Part shown: in pieces, positions 25,659-39,167 of the stretch
How the letters are laid out: every line of letters begins with the position of its first letter
Numbering within the stretch: position 1 is the stretch's first letter
Position numbers and translations under genes: made by a program
Source of the DNA: Octopus vulgaris
Taxonomy: Eukaryota
DNA length: 64,000 nt
NCBI GenBank assembly: GCA_951406725.2
Contig: OX597821.1
Span: 100,316,001-100,380,000, forward strand
Reading direction: 5' to 3'
Notes under the pieces: generated by a model
Told to the model about the DNA's origin: nothing
Seen by the model: the letters and a program-made list of their open reading frames with translations, nothing else
Databases searched by the model: none

Positions 25659-26187
25659 CATTATTATTTTTATTATTATTATTATTATTGTTGTTGTTGT
25701 TATTATTATTTTTATTATTATCATTATTATTTTTAAGGCGGTAAGGCGGTAATATTGTTAGCACGCTGGACGAAATGCACAGAAAAATGCACGAGAAACC
25801 CCGTAGAACTTTCGATCTCAAACTAAGCATCAGGTTTGAGATCGTTGGCATGGCAACGAGTTCCTACAATGGCTACTATTGTAGGAACTCATTATAAAGT
25901 TGATGGAACCATCAGTTTGTGTACGTAAGGATTATATATATATATATATATATATATCATCACAATCAAGGAATGGCCATAATAGGCCATTCACCCACTA
26001 GAAATAACAGCCAAAGCTTCAACCGCAAAATAACATTAATTCCGCAAACCAGGAGAAAATTAAAAAAACATTTACCCTGTAATTTCTTATACGATGCACC
26101 GTTTCATCTATTGTTTAATGGTAAACTAACCTGATTAAATTAAATCAATTAAATTAAATCAATTAAATCAATTCATAATATATATAC

Positions 26188-26243
<56 letters not shown>

Positions 26244-26501
26244 GTATGTTTTTATGTTTCTATCTATCTGTCTCTCTATCTATCACTCTCTCTCTCTCTT
26301 TCTCTCTCTGTCTCTGTCTCACTTCATATATATATATATATATATATGTAGGTCCCGGGTTGATTCGGGGTTAACTACAGTAAGTAAGGTACTCAATACA
26401 TAGCAGAGTAAAATTAATTTATTATATCTCTCTTAGTACTGTTTCATTCAGAGAAATCTTCAGGAAGCTCTGAAGATTTCTCTTGAATCATACTAGTCCT
26501 G

Positions 26502-26541
<40 letters not shown>

Positions 26542-27122
26542 GTATGTATGCATGTAAGTATGTACGTGTGTATGTATGTATATAAGAGAGAGAAAGGGAA
26601 ATACAGAGAGAGAGAAAAACAGAGATATACTAAGATAGATATGTTCTGTACATACATATTCGATGGCTATGTGATTAAAAAGTTCTCTAGCCAACCACGT
26701 GATTTTGTTCACCGGTAAACTACGCGACATCTTGATCAAGTGTCTGCTACTCTATAGCCCAGAGTAAGGAAAGATTTGTGAGTGGATTTGGTAGTCGGAG
26801 ATTGAAAGAAGGTCGTCGTAGTTATTAATATTGAAGTTTACTGCATAAGAAACTCACTACGTATACTAAGCCAATTGTCCAACTTTGTCATGATTTTAAA
26901 AACAGTGACATTCTCGAAATGTCATGGAGATTAATACCAAGTAGCAGAGAACAGTAAACAAAAGTAGATTTACACAGTCGTATCGACAGTTTTAGTTAGT
27001 AGTAAAATGTCGAAAACTGCGGGAGACAAATAGATATTATTGTAAACAGTTGTATGGTAAGATAGACAAACCTAGACTGTGGTAAATATTTGTGTATTAT
27101 GAGAGATATTTGTATCTTGATG

Positions 27123-27186
27123 CAGACAGTGTATACTCACAAAGATAGGTTAGTCAGACAGTGTATACTCACAAAGATAGGTTAGT
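27123..27186. repeat. Perfect 32-bp tandem duplication
   Basis: CAGACAGTGTATACTCACAAAGATAGGTTAGT x2. Confidence 0.9.
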
Positions 27187-27379
27187 CGATCCAAGTGTCA
27201 ACTCGTCTCCATGAATGCAGTACAGGCGGTGCGTGAGTAATGTTTAAAAGTTTTAAAGACTTTTGCCTTAAAAGAATCATTACTGAGTTACATATAAATA
27301 TTCAGTTATATCAGTTTATCCATTATATAAAATCCGTTCTGTCTGTCTGTGTCTTCTAGGATCTCGGGCATCCTCCACG

Positions 27380-27545
27380 TCGGACAAAATTTCGTCTGCC
27401 TCAACGTTCTGAGTTCAAATTCTATCGAGGTTCATCTTGCCTGGATCAATAAAATAAGTACCAATCGGACACTAGGGTCGATCTAATCGATTTAGCCTCT
27501 CCTTGAAATTGCTGACCATGTGCTAAAATTTGTAACCATTATTAT
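27380..27545 (+). mobile_element. SINE S2, partial
   Basis: CGTTCTGAGTTCAAATT..AATAAGTACC..GGTCGATCTAATCGA. Confidence 0.65.
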
Positions 27546-28067
27546 TTAAGCAACTTCACCTGGGTAGTCATATGTGTGTACATGAATACCTATTCTGAAT
27601 ACAGCTGTAGTGTCTTTGATTAAAGGTGTTGACTGTTCAATTAAGCTTGACGTGAGCTAAACGACAGCAATGTCGCCACTCGTGTAGTATGTTATTCCCT
27701 GCAGTAAAGCATTGTACATTATCGCAGACATATTTAATCTTTCTTTGCTGTCTTTAGATTTCACTGTATTAGTATAAGAGGGGCAAATATTTGTCAAAAT
27801 ATAATGATAGATAGCAACTGACACAAAAATAATATAAATAAAACGATAGGGGCATGATTAAATAGGCAAATATTGAGTCTAGAATATGTTGTGCAGGTAT
27901 GGTTGTGTGGCTGTGCGATTATGAAATTCCTCGCGTTAATCAGAGTAAATTGGATTGGTGTTTTCTACCAGAAACTGGACTGACCAGTGCTTTTTGAGGA
28001 GGATTTGGTGAGAGAAAATTGGACGGAAGATAGTTGGGTTTGTATGTTTCTGTGGATGCGTGCGTGC

Positions 28068-28111
<44 letters not shown>

Positions 28112-28598
28112 ATGCGAGTGAGTGTGTGTGTGAGACAGAGTGTTTGTGTGTGTGTGTGTCGTGAATGTGTGTATGTATGTATGTATGTGTGTGTAAGTGT
28201 GTATGTGTATGTGAGTGTGTGAATGTGAGTGTGTCAGAGTGTGCGTGTATGACAGAGAGAGAGAGAGATAGACAGACAGACAGAAAGAGAGACAGAAAGA
28301 GAGAAAGAAGCACACACATACCTCGTTACTCTTTTACTCTTTTACTTGTTTCAGTCATTTGACTGCGGTCATGCTGGAACACCGCCTATTCTTTACAAAT
28401 GAAGAAATGGCTGATTTGCAAGACAGGATCAAACTTATTTATTTTTTACTTTCAGTGACATCCCCTGCAGACATTGCTTAGGAAGGATCAAAACAATGGG
28501 TTTTCTTTTTGCAAAATACTTTCATAATTTCAAAGGTTCGCCACACAACATTCAATTATTCACTAATATCTTCAAGCATATGTGTTTATATGAATATA

Positions 28599-29163
28599 TA
28601 GGGTTGTCCGGAGAGTCCGTGCCGATTTCCAAAGGAAAGAAAAAGGTCAATAAATACTTGCCATTACATTTTAATCAACCAAATATGAACCATTTTGTTG
28701 CACAATGCATCTCCATCTTTCCTTTAACTTGAAAATACCCTCTTCCCAGAATTGAGGTGGTTTCATGGCAAAGAATTCATCAAGGTATCATTTTACGTCA
28801 TCCTAGGAGTTGAACTTTTTACCATTAAGACTATTCTGCAGAGACCTGTATAAGTAGAAATCCAAAGGTGCAATATCTGGAGAATATGGAGAGTGGGGTA
28901 ACTCATCCCAGCCGAGCTGCAGCAATTTTTGTCTGGTTCCCAAAGCATTAAATGCCGAATATGAACTTTCTTATCTTCCATTTTAAAGGGTTACAGAATT
29001 AACACAGGTTATAGGAACACAAACCTTCTTGCACGAAAAGATAGCTTAAACTGTGCTCTAAATGGAGGTGTAGTCAAATCCTATTTTAAGAACTCAACCA
29101 TGTTCTAAAATAAGTCGAAAGGTAAGCTACTATTAATCGGCACGAACTTTCCGGACAACCCAA
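28599..29163 (-). mobile_element. Internally deleted mariner transposon
   Basis: ~29-bp TIRs (GGGTTGTCCGGA(G/A)AGT(C/T)CGTGCCGATT); MEDKKVHIRHLMLWE N-terminus joined to ..PYSPDIAPLDFYLYRSLQ..GIFKLKERW..NGSY. Confidence 0.9.
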
Positions 29164-31603
29164 TTGTGTTTTGTGTATTTATGTGTGTACGTGCATATAT
29201 GTCTTCGCATGTGTGGCGATGTGTATCAACGAAAATTGGTATCATCGGAGAGAAAATCGATAAGCAGAATACTTTCCAACAAAAGCATTTGTGCTATATG
29301 TTTCGTCCGAGTAGTACGAAATGTCCCTTTTCACTCTCCCAACAGGGAAACTAAACTACAGGGAAATTGCTTTTCACCTGTTAGCTACCTTTAATCGAAT
29401 ATTCCTTCATTCACACAAAACATGGTATTATGTAAATAGATGAATAAAAACATACAGTTATATTTGCTGAATGGAAAGGACGGTGGTAGTAGGCAAGAGT
29501 GAAAACATGCAAAAATGGCGATTGTTGATAGTTGCCGCAGAGAAATCGTCTTGTCCACGAGGTTACGCAATAGCATCTTCAGATGATTCAGCATTTTTTC
29601 CAAGCATTTATTTTTTTTTTTGTCTTTGCTTTAAGTAAATGTACAATGTTTGTTTTACTGCAATAATTTACATCACCATGGCTCAAAATGGTGGCTGAAA
29701 AATCTTTCAAATATTTGCTTTGTCTAGCGTAAGATAATGAGGAAAGTTTGTGGCTAAAGTTTTATATATAAACTGTTATAAACATCATTGGGAAACTTAT
29801 TTTCTGCTCTGTATTTTCTACTTGAGTGCTATGTTGTTCAGTGGAGCAAATTGCTACTTGAAATACGTGTATGCAGTTGAATGTAAAAAGAAACAAAAAA
29901 GATCCCTTAAGATATGAGAATCAGACTCTTTATTAAATTATCAGCAGGAAAACAATTTAACAAAAGTCACCTCTTATAAGCCAAACCGAACGGTGAAATG
30001 TTTTTGTATTTTAATAGATTTTTATTATGTAATTTCTTTCTGTTATTCTTTCCATAGACACTTTAACAAAGATATACGTATATTTCCTTTTCTTATGGAC
30101 ATTAAAAAATCATGTTTAAAACAGAAAAAATCTCAGATTGTTATTTGAGCCGTTTAGTCGACAGAGGATTAAAGCATACAGAGTGTTAAATGAACAGTCT
30201 GAAAATTGCTTTACTTCCACAAACATAGCTATTGTTTACAGTGTTGTCTACAAACGACCACCTTGCCAAATAGATGGGTTAAACAAACATATTATATCAA
30301 CAGCTCAGTTCATTTTCCTGAACATGCTTTGTCTACTTTTTCAAAAATATTTTCCTTTCTTTCTAAATAGGCAAATTGGCAGAATCGTTAGGTGTAGGAC
30401 GAAATACTTTTGTTGTATTCGTTTCAGTTGTTTAGGTCCCGAGTTCAAATCTCACCGCGATTAACTTTTCTTTTGAGAAGAAACGCATTGCCAGAAATGT
30501 TACATTGGGAAACTAAATGCTCAGCAGCCTTTCCCCCGCCCCGACTCTTTGCATTCTGTGTCCTCAGTTCTAATCTTATTCGTCGACAAGTCTAAAACTA
30601 CCATTTAGTCATCGGAATACGTTGACGATGTTGACTTTGTTGTAAGCATTCAGATCTTGTCCCCGATTAAGAGGTAACGTTTTCCTTTTTTTCTTCCCCA
30701 AGTCTCAGAGACCGTGGAGAAATTTGTCGTTGGCGCTGTCATTCTTTTCTCCATTAAACGAATCAACTAAAAATGCCAAAGTTAAACTCATATTTACAAT
30801 AGCCCTTTTTTTCTGTAGTTACCTAACCAGCTATATTAGCCATTTTATTGTTTTAAGATAAATAGATCGTAGACTCACAATCTAAGCTGCTTCTGGGGTT
30901 TTTTACGCCAGGTCCAGCAGAACTATGGACAAGGCATTCCAGGCCATAAGAAGCATAACGTATTTTATTCAGACATAGTTCAACCAGAATTCCAATGTCG
31001 AAAGTATCGGTACTGTTTCAAAACGGTAGAATACAATTTGAGTAAGATTTCACTTATATTTCCAGCAAAACCTCTGTCCATATAAAGAGTCATTTGTTGG
31101 CTTACTGATGTCTATATTGATCAAGCTGGTGCATATGATTAGAAATTTGATTGGGGATTCTTGAATTACAATAAAAAATGGCATACAGAACTATTATTTA
31201 TTGAGAACACTTTCATTGCATTATATTTTAAATTATCGGAACATAACAACAATAACATTAGGAATATTGAAAGACAGTGAAGGACCGTTAAGAATTTTAG
31301 ACACATGGTCATACGATAGTGAACTAGATTCAAGAGTCGGACTGCAGGATTGTCTATGATCAAGGTTCTTCTGTTTACTTTGCTCTTGTCTAATCATCTG
31401 AAAATTTGAGAACCTCTCAAGTGCTGGTAGCGCCCTTTCTCTCTTCAGCTGATGCATCTCAGATGTCTCACTGAAACGAAATCCAGGAAGGGACAAATGG
31501 TGTTTGTTTCTGTTCGCAACTATGTAAGTCCTTAAAGCAATTAGTAAAAACATGGTGCATGCTACCAGGTCCTACAATTATTATTTTATTATTATACGGA
31601 CTG

Positions 31604-31812
31604 AAGGCGGCAAGCTGGCAGAAATGTTAGCATGCCAGGTGAATTACTTAGCGTTGTTTACGTTCTGAGTTCAAATTCCGCCGAGGTTGACTTTGCCTTT
31701 CATCCTTTCGGAGTTGATAGATTAAGTACCAGTTGCGTACTGGGAATCGATATAATCGACTGGGCCCTTCCCCCAAAATTTCGGGCCTTGTGCTTAGAGT
31801 AGAAAAGGTTAT
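31604..31812 (+). mobile_element. SINE S2
   Basis: Head, core and tail match 11002-11222. Confidence 0.85.
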
Positions 31813-31854
31813 TATGCGGACTAGGTTTATGTTGATATCTTCATTTTCATCCCT

Positions 31855-32075
31855 CTTTCATTTGTTTCAGTCATTAGACGGCGACAATCTTGGGGCGACA
31901 CTCTGATGAATTTCAATCGAACGAATCAACCCTCGTATTAATCATTTTAAAACCTGGTTCTTATTTTACCAGTCACTTTTGCCAAGCCGCTAAGGTGCGG
32001 GGATGGTAACCTATCATCACCGGTTGTCAAGCCATAATGGGGAACAAACAGAAACATACACGCATATATATGTAA

Positions 32076-32106
<31 letters not shown>

Positions 32107-32340
32107 CATATGTACACATATATAGACACGCATACACATACACATACTCAAGCGCATACGCACACTCATATACTCACGCGAACATACACGCGAACACACG
32201 CGCATGCACACACACATATGTATGTATGTATATATATTACACACACACACACATTTAGCAGAAGACAGTCGCCCAAGCTGCTTCGTAGTGGGGCTGAAAC
32301 CAAAACCATGTAGTTGAGAAGCAAACGTCTTACTACACAG
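31855..32340 (-). mobile_element. Degenerate SINE S1
   Basis: TTGTTTCAGTCATTAGAC tail through CTTACTACACAG head on the reverse strand. Confidence 0.6.
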
Positions 32341-32421
32341 TTGTCTTACCACACTCACCCTCCGCTTAAAATCCTTAATTTTATTTAATTGGCTTTGCGG
32401 GAAGGACTGTTTTAACGAAGT

Positions 32422-32483
32422 CGAGTATTGTCCTTACCTTCGTAACGCGGAGTAGATGAAACAAGGGACAACTGATGAAGGGA
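32422..32483 (+). ncRNA. Candidate non-circularly permuted hammerhead (degenerate copy) in repeat 32370-32620
   Basis: CGAGU A UUGUCCUU A CCUUC GUA ACGCG [13 nt] AAGGGACAA CUGAUGA AGGGA. Confidence 0.5.
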
Positions 32484-32617
32484 ATGTTCTTTATGTTGCA
32501 TCTCTCGTTTCTCTGTTTTTTTCGTTGTTCGAAAAACGTTCGTTTTCTATGTTTTTGTTTTTTCGTTTTCGTTTCACATTGTGTTTACATTTTGTTATCG
32601 CCTGTACCCATATATGC

Positions 32618-32676
<59 letters not shown>

Positions 32677-32769
32677 TATGTAGGTATGTACATATATGTA
32701 TGTATATATGCATATGTATGTATATATACATATATTATTCATCTATCTATCTCTCTCTGTCTCTCTCTT

Positions 32770-33046
32770 GTGAAACCAGTAAGTTATAGGGATGTAAATA
32801 TACGGACACCAGTTGTGAAGTAGTGATGAGGGAGAAACACAAACACAAACACATAGACTTACGTATATACGTACATATACATACAATTGATTTCTTTCAG
32901 GTTCTGTCTACAAAATCCACTGACAAGGCTTTGGTTGTTCTGAGGCTATAGCAGAAGACACATGCAAAGTTACCACACAGTGGGACTGAACTGAGGACCT
33001 TGTGTTTTGGAACCAAGTTTGTTACCACACAGCCACACCTGCACCT
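32770..33046 (-). mobile_element. SINE S1, partial
   Basis: Reverse of the S1 head and core (CCACACAGCCACACCTG, AAGGCTTTGGT, GAAGACAC). Confidence 0.7.
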
Positions 33047-33354
33047 ATGTGTGTGTATGTGTGTATGGGTGTATATATGTATGCATGTATATATGTCTAT
33101 ATATTTGTGTACATATTACATGTACATCTATATATGTATACATCTACATCTATATCTATAGAAATACATCTATACATACACATGTATACATATACATCTA
33201 TATATATATACATATCTATATGTATAAATCCATATATATATATATATACATGTAAATTTAAATTAAAAATAATAAGGGTGAAAAATTGAATATTAATTTG
33301 ATTAATATGAATTTAAAACCAAGTGGTGTAGCATATAAGACCATAACGGATCTT

Positions 33355-33683
33355 CTAGCAGAATGGCTGTCCAGTTACAGTTCATCCCTGTTATATAATA
33401 GTTTCAGTATTGAAATGAAAGTATTTAAGTGAAAGTATCTGACATTACAATAGAGAGATGTTTTTGTTTCACTTTTGACACGTAATACTGAAATAGTGGA
33501 GAAGATATGATATTGCTGTGGGCTCGCCCTAGGCAAAAAGTTAAAAAATTGTTTTGCCCATGACACTACATGGATCCTAAATAAGGCATATGTAAAATTT
33601 GAATGAAATTGGTTGTGTTGTTCTCAAGTTTTAGGGATTCACACAGACAGACACACACACATTCTCAGTTTTATATATATAGA
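33355..33683 (-). mobile_element. Non-autonomous Helitron-like element
   Basis: Reverse strand starts TCTATATATATAAAACTG (as at 37387) and ends CTGCTAG. Confidence 0.6.
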
Positions 33684-34456
33684 TAACTGTATATATTAGT
33701 AAATATCGAATAATGAGAATGAGTGCTCAACACCACATTGGTGGATAAAGATTCTTTATTTGGTGTATGAAGGCTTACCATTGGTTTCATGTCACAGAAT
33801 GCATCAACAATTATCAAGCATATTACATGCAAACATCGATGTTCGTCTCCACTGGTCAATAATTAAACAGTGCCTCTAGCATCGACAAGATCGGTACGAT
33901 TAATATTACTATTTAACTATAGCAGGTTGAAGGCTGCAAGGAAAACTCAGGCAAGAAGGGAATTCTATAATGATTATAATAAGTGAAACAGGAACTTGGA
34001 ACTGTTTGTAAGGAGCTTAGAACTAGGAAAACGGTGTGTCTGTTAAAAAATACAGTAAAATGAATATATATATAAACTACAAAACTACTCAAGACATACT
34101 GGCAATCATTGAAAGTGATTTTGTTGTCAGACGAATATTAAATATTAATGAAAGAGTAAAAACGTGGTGGGGTCGTGTTTTCGCTTGTACAGTGCCAAAT
34201 TTTGTGTCAAACATTTATACAAGTTCTTGTAAATTTTTAATATTTAAGTTATAATTCCATAAATTGGACATATTTTTATTTTCCTTAATATTAATGCGAG
34301 TAGTCGTGTTACATTCAATGTTAACTTAACTTTAATCATAGTTATGCACACGCACACACACACATACATCCAAACACAGACAAACATAAGGACACACATA
34401 CAGGCACATACATATAGTCACACACATACACACATTTATGTATATATATATATATG

Positions 34457-34487
<31 letters not shown>

Positions 34488-34637
34488 ATATAAATATATA
34501 TATATGTACGTATGTATAGGTACATATAATCAAGACATCATAAAGAGGATAGAGAATTATTTATCTTCAAAATTTGTTTATTACAATATTATTCTCATTA
34601 AATTCACATTAAATTCCAATCCGACACGCGCGTCTAC

Positions 34638-34731
<94 letters not shown>

Positions 34732-35169
34732 GATATATATGTTGATAGCTTGACAGATATATAGATTTACATTCATATATTCATATATGTGTGTGCGTGA
34801 TTGTGTGTTTGTGTGTGTGTGTTTGCGTAAGTGTGTGTACGTGTGTGCGCGTATGCGTGGTGTATGTCGGAATGAGTGCATCATAGCGATAAAATATGTT
34901 TTGTAAATTTATTTCAAACGCCTGTGTTTTTACCAAAACAAGTTTCTAGACTTCTCGAGAAACAAAATTGTTCTCTATCGTATGAACACTGAAGAGTTAA
35001 TTTTAAGCATTGATGATTTGAACAGTAATGAAAATATCAATTCACACATGTACATACACACCCACAAGCACTCGTCAACGAAATGTAGACATACATATAC
35101 ACACGCGCACACGCATAACACACATGTTTATACATATACATACATACGTACGAACATACACAGGGAAAA

Positions 35170-35511
<342 letters not shown>

Positions 35512-36169
35512 CGTTTGTATTTACCTGCGCAAATTCATTTGTAGAGATTGTTGTTATATGAGTATACACAGATTTAAATTCAGATTTAGAACTAAATATT
35601 ATAACAGTCATACCTGTCCTCCAAAGATTAGCAGCAAACTGAAGCGAGACTGCTTAATCCTTAAATCTGAAAACGTCTGCTTTACCCTTTATGCTTTGTC
35701 ATATGAGGTAGAAATCATGAAATATGAATGTCATTCGCAAGGTACGGTACAATGTCGGACAGGGTACCTCGCTATATTTTGATTCTATCATATTCAGGCC
35801 ATCTTTCTCTTTTGGATTCAGGCAGTCCCTGGAATCGGTATAAAATCTAGTAGTAGAGTCGATCTAATCGACCAAATATCATTGTTTTGTGCCTAATTTA
35901 TAAGACAGTAACCATCACAGATTTGTCAGGAGGCTGACATCGTACAATATAAATCAAACTGAAACAAATTAAAACAATATGTCATGAAGATAATGACGTT
36001 CATTATGACAGATTGCCACTCATGTTGATTCTTTGAAAGTAATTTAGCTTAGCAATTTTAAATGGTGTGAAACTTGATAGTGAAACTTAATAGCGGCTGG
36101 TGTCACTGAAAGCGATGCATTTATATAGATGCACACAGAAACAACTACACACCCATACGCACACAAACA

Positions 36170-36221
<52 letters not shown>

Positions 36222-36246
36222 TATATATATATATATATATATAAAA

Positions 36247-36485
36247 AATCAAGGTAGAAAATGCTAGAATAATTTTATAAAAAAATATTTCAGTACCGGT
36301 TTCAGTCATTGAGACTTTTTCAACTGTAAATAAGGAAACAATAAAATTTTGGAAACATTAAAAGAATATTTGCATAGCATTCAAAGACAAGGGCCATTTT
36401 CCTTGTTTCTGCTTGTCTCTGTCTCGCTTGTTTACTCTTGTGGGTTCGTTGTGAATTTCTTTTCTTCTTCCCTACCGAGAATTCA
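36247..36485 (-). mobile_element. Solo Penelope-like pseudo-LTR containing a hammerhead
   Basis: Aligns with 46507-46745; abuts (TA)n. Confidence 0.75.
36291..36326 (-). ncRNA. Minimal type I hammerhead with U3:A8 core
   Basis: CAG UUGAAAA AGUC UCAAU GACU GAA ACCGGU A CUG. Confidence 0.65.
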
Positions 36486-36507
36486 CAGCGTATACAAAAG
36501 TATAACA

Positions 36508-36825
36508 AAAGGCAAAGTCGACCTCGGCGGAATTTGAACTCAGAACGTAGCGGCAGACGAAATACCGCCAAACATTTCGACTGGCGTGCTAACGTGTCTG
36601 CCAGCTCACCGCCTTTTGGAGGTGTGTAATAATGTTGCTAAACTGCGATAATATTTATTTCTTTATTGCCTAGAGGGGACAAACAAGGTCAGAGGAAGGG
36701 ATTAAGTCGATTACATAGACCCCAGTGCGTAACTGGTACTTATTTAATCGACCCCCAGAATAGGATGAAAGGCAAAGTTGACTTCGGCGGAATTTGAACT
36801 CAGAACGTAACGGCAGACGAAGTAC
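36508..36825 (-). mobile_element. Two partial S2 SINEs
   Basis: Two AAAGGCAAAGT(C/T)GAC(C/T)TCGGCGGAATTTGAACTCAGAACG blocks. Confidence 0.75.
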
Positions 36826-37386
36826 CAAACTGAGATAATATTACTGCTACATCTACAGACATCTTTCTCGCCGTCACTAATACATGGGTACAATTATAGA
36901 TTACATGTGTACACACATATACGCACACACACAGACACAAACAGACACGCACACACACAAAGACGCACACACACACACACACATGTAACTTGCAAACACA
37001 CAATCTTCTGACATTCTCTGAGCTAAACTTTAATAAAAACAAATATATACTTACACACACTCAGATACAGATATTTTGACACAGTCAAACACTCACGTGC
37101 ATACTACACAGGAAAACACTTCTATGACCACACACGCTCATAGACACACACAGACACACGCACATACAAATACAAACACGCAAACACTCAGTCGTAAACA
37201 CAGTTATAAACTTTGACTTAAACGTCACACTTAATTTGCTTAACGTATTTGAATTTGCGAAATAGGCGAAATGTCAAAAAGATAAGAATTGAACAATTTT
37301 CTAAACATTTTCGTCTGAAGTGGGTTAATTCACATGTCATTTAAAACTGGTTGAATATGAAGTAAAATAGTCATATGATATATCTA

Positions 37387-37899
37387 TCTATATATATAAA
37401 ACTGTAGTTGTGTGAGTGTCTGCCCCCTTCGATTTAGATTCCTAACTACTCCCACATTTTGCGGTGCAGTTTAACCAAATTCGGGTATCTTATAGTCGTG
37501 ATTCATATCGAGCCCGTCTGAGTATTAGCGCGCGTCTACGATGAGTCTTCGATTTTAAAAATAATTTAACATAATTTTTTATTCCATTTTAATGCATAAT
37601 TTTTCGTGTGTCGATGGCGGCGGAGTTGGCGTCCATGGTCACACCTGCACCTGTTTGCTTCTCCCCTTTCTTCCCTCCCTCGTGAAGCTGTGGGGAAGGG
37701 ATTGTAAGGAAATAAACGTTGTAATGCGTTGTCAAGGAGACCAGCGTTCTTTTAGATCAACGACTTCACGGCTTGAAGACACTAAAACAGAAATGGCTAA
37801 GAAAGCCCGAATTGGCATCTATAAGGGAAGTAACTCTCTAAAAATGCTTATATAGTTATTTCCCTTACAAACCCGAGCAACGCCGGGCGATACTGCTAG
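37387..37899 (+). mobile_element. Non-autonomous Helitron
   Basis: 5' TC, subterminal hairpin CCCGAGC-AAC-GCCGGG, 3' CTAG, flanked by A and T; identical 5' end recurs at 63977. Confidence 0.85.
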
Positions 37900-37938
37900 T
37901 ATATATATATAGATATAGAAAGATACATCTGTCTATCT

Positions 37939-37993
<55 letters not shown>

Positions 37994-37999
37994 CATAAA

Positions 38000-38261
38000 T
38001 TACAGGTTCAGGTTTATACCTGTAATTAGTGGGACCCTGGGATATGTAATACATTGCCTAAATACCAATCTTGAGAAATTAGGCTTCTCAAAACGAGAAA
38101 GAAGGAAGCTAATTCGAAGACTACACATGAAATCCATCACTGGAACTGTAAAAGTCTGTAAAACCTTTCAGAAGTTTATCATTTACACATATATGAGTAT
38201 GTCTAGATATGCAGCGATATGTTTGAGAATACATTCATACATAAAACATACAAATCTGCAC

Positions 38262-38292
<31 letters not shown>

Positions 38293-38410
38293 CATACATA
38301 CAAAAAGACCCTGTTGTTGATGTTGAAATTCCAATGAAGAAGCATTGGTTCTAGGTTAGAAACCGGCTCTTTCTCTATTGGCAAGATATCTTGAAATAAA
38401 CTGAATAATG
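38000..38410 (+). mobile_element. 3' fragment of another RLE-type non-LTR family (D), flanked by CATA/TA repeats
   Basis: YRFRFIPVISGTLGYV..LEKLGF..KSITGTVKVCKTFQKF, followed by a probable 3' UTR. Confidence 0.65.
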
Positions 38411-38786
38411 ATATATATACATATATACATGATAGCTAGTGGTTTTCCGTCAAATCAAAAGCATTCAACTTTATCAACAGAATGGAGATGTATAACATAT
38501 TTCAAAGATAATCATACAAACAACCGATAGCCGCGGGTCCAACTTTCACGTGAGGGTTATCTTGTATACATATCACATGGGCACATTAGTGATTTGGGCT
38601 CAGTACTGCCAGAATAGGCCCTGTGGGACGTAGATACTTAACAACTCTCCCAAACTGGAATAGGTTTAAATACCAAATTGTTGCCATTGTACTTTCTAAA
38701 ATATTAGTTCAGGGCGTCTTGGTGAGTTTAAAACTTATACTCCCCTAGACACAGCTACTGGCGGCCGAACCATTCGTTCAGCTTGC

Positions 38787-38911
<125 letters not shown>

Positions 38912-38977
38912 TTTTCTACTTCCGGTCTTTCAATATGTGACTTCGTGAGTACCGCTGGCGATCTTTCCTTCTCCTAT

Positions 38978-39012
38978 GTTTCCGACGAAGAGTTCCGCTC
39001 GAAACGTTAAAC
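38978..39012 (+). ncRNA. Minimal hammerhead-like motif (U4C) in repeat 38910-39122 between (TA)n tracts
   Basis: GUUU CCGACGA A GAG UUCCG CUC GAA ACGU U AAAC. Confidence 0.5.
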
Positions 39013-39118
39013 GCTCCTTCTTCCCTTCTTTCCTGAGCATCCAATAATACTTTATTTGTTCCACGTCCTCGCGTTGTTGTGTTTTTTTGTTTTTTTTTGT
39101 GTTTTCTTGTTTGGATTA

Positions 39119-39162
<44 letters not shown>

Positions 39163-39167
39163 CATAT

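Noticed and set aside
38324-38375. Hammerhead-like CCAAUGA..GAAACCGGCUC in the family D 3' UTR
   Set aside because: Two core mismatches and no convincing stems.
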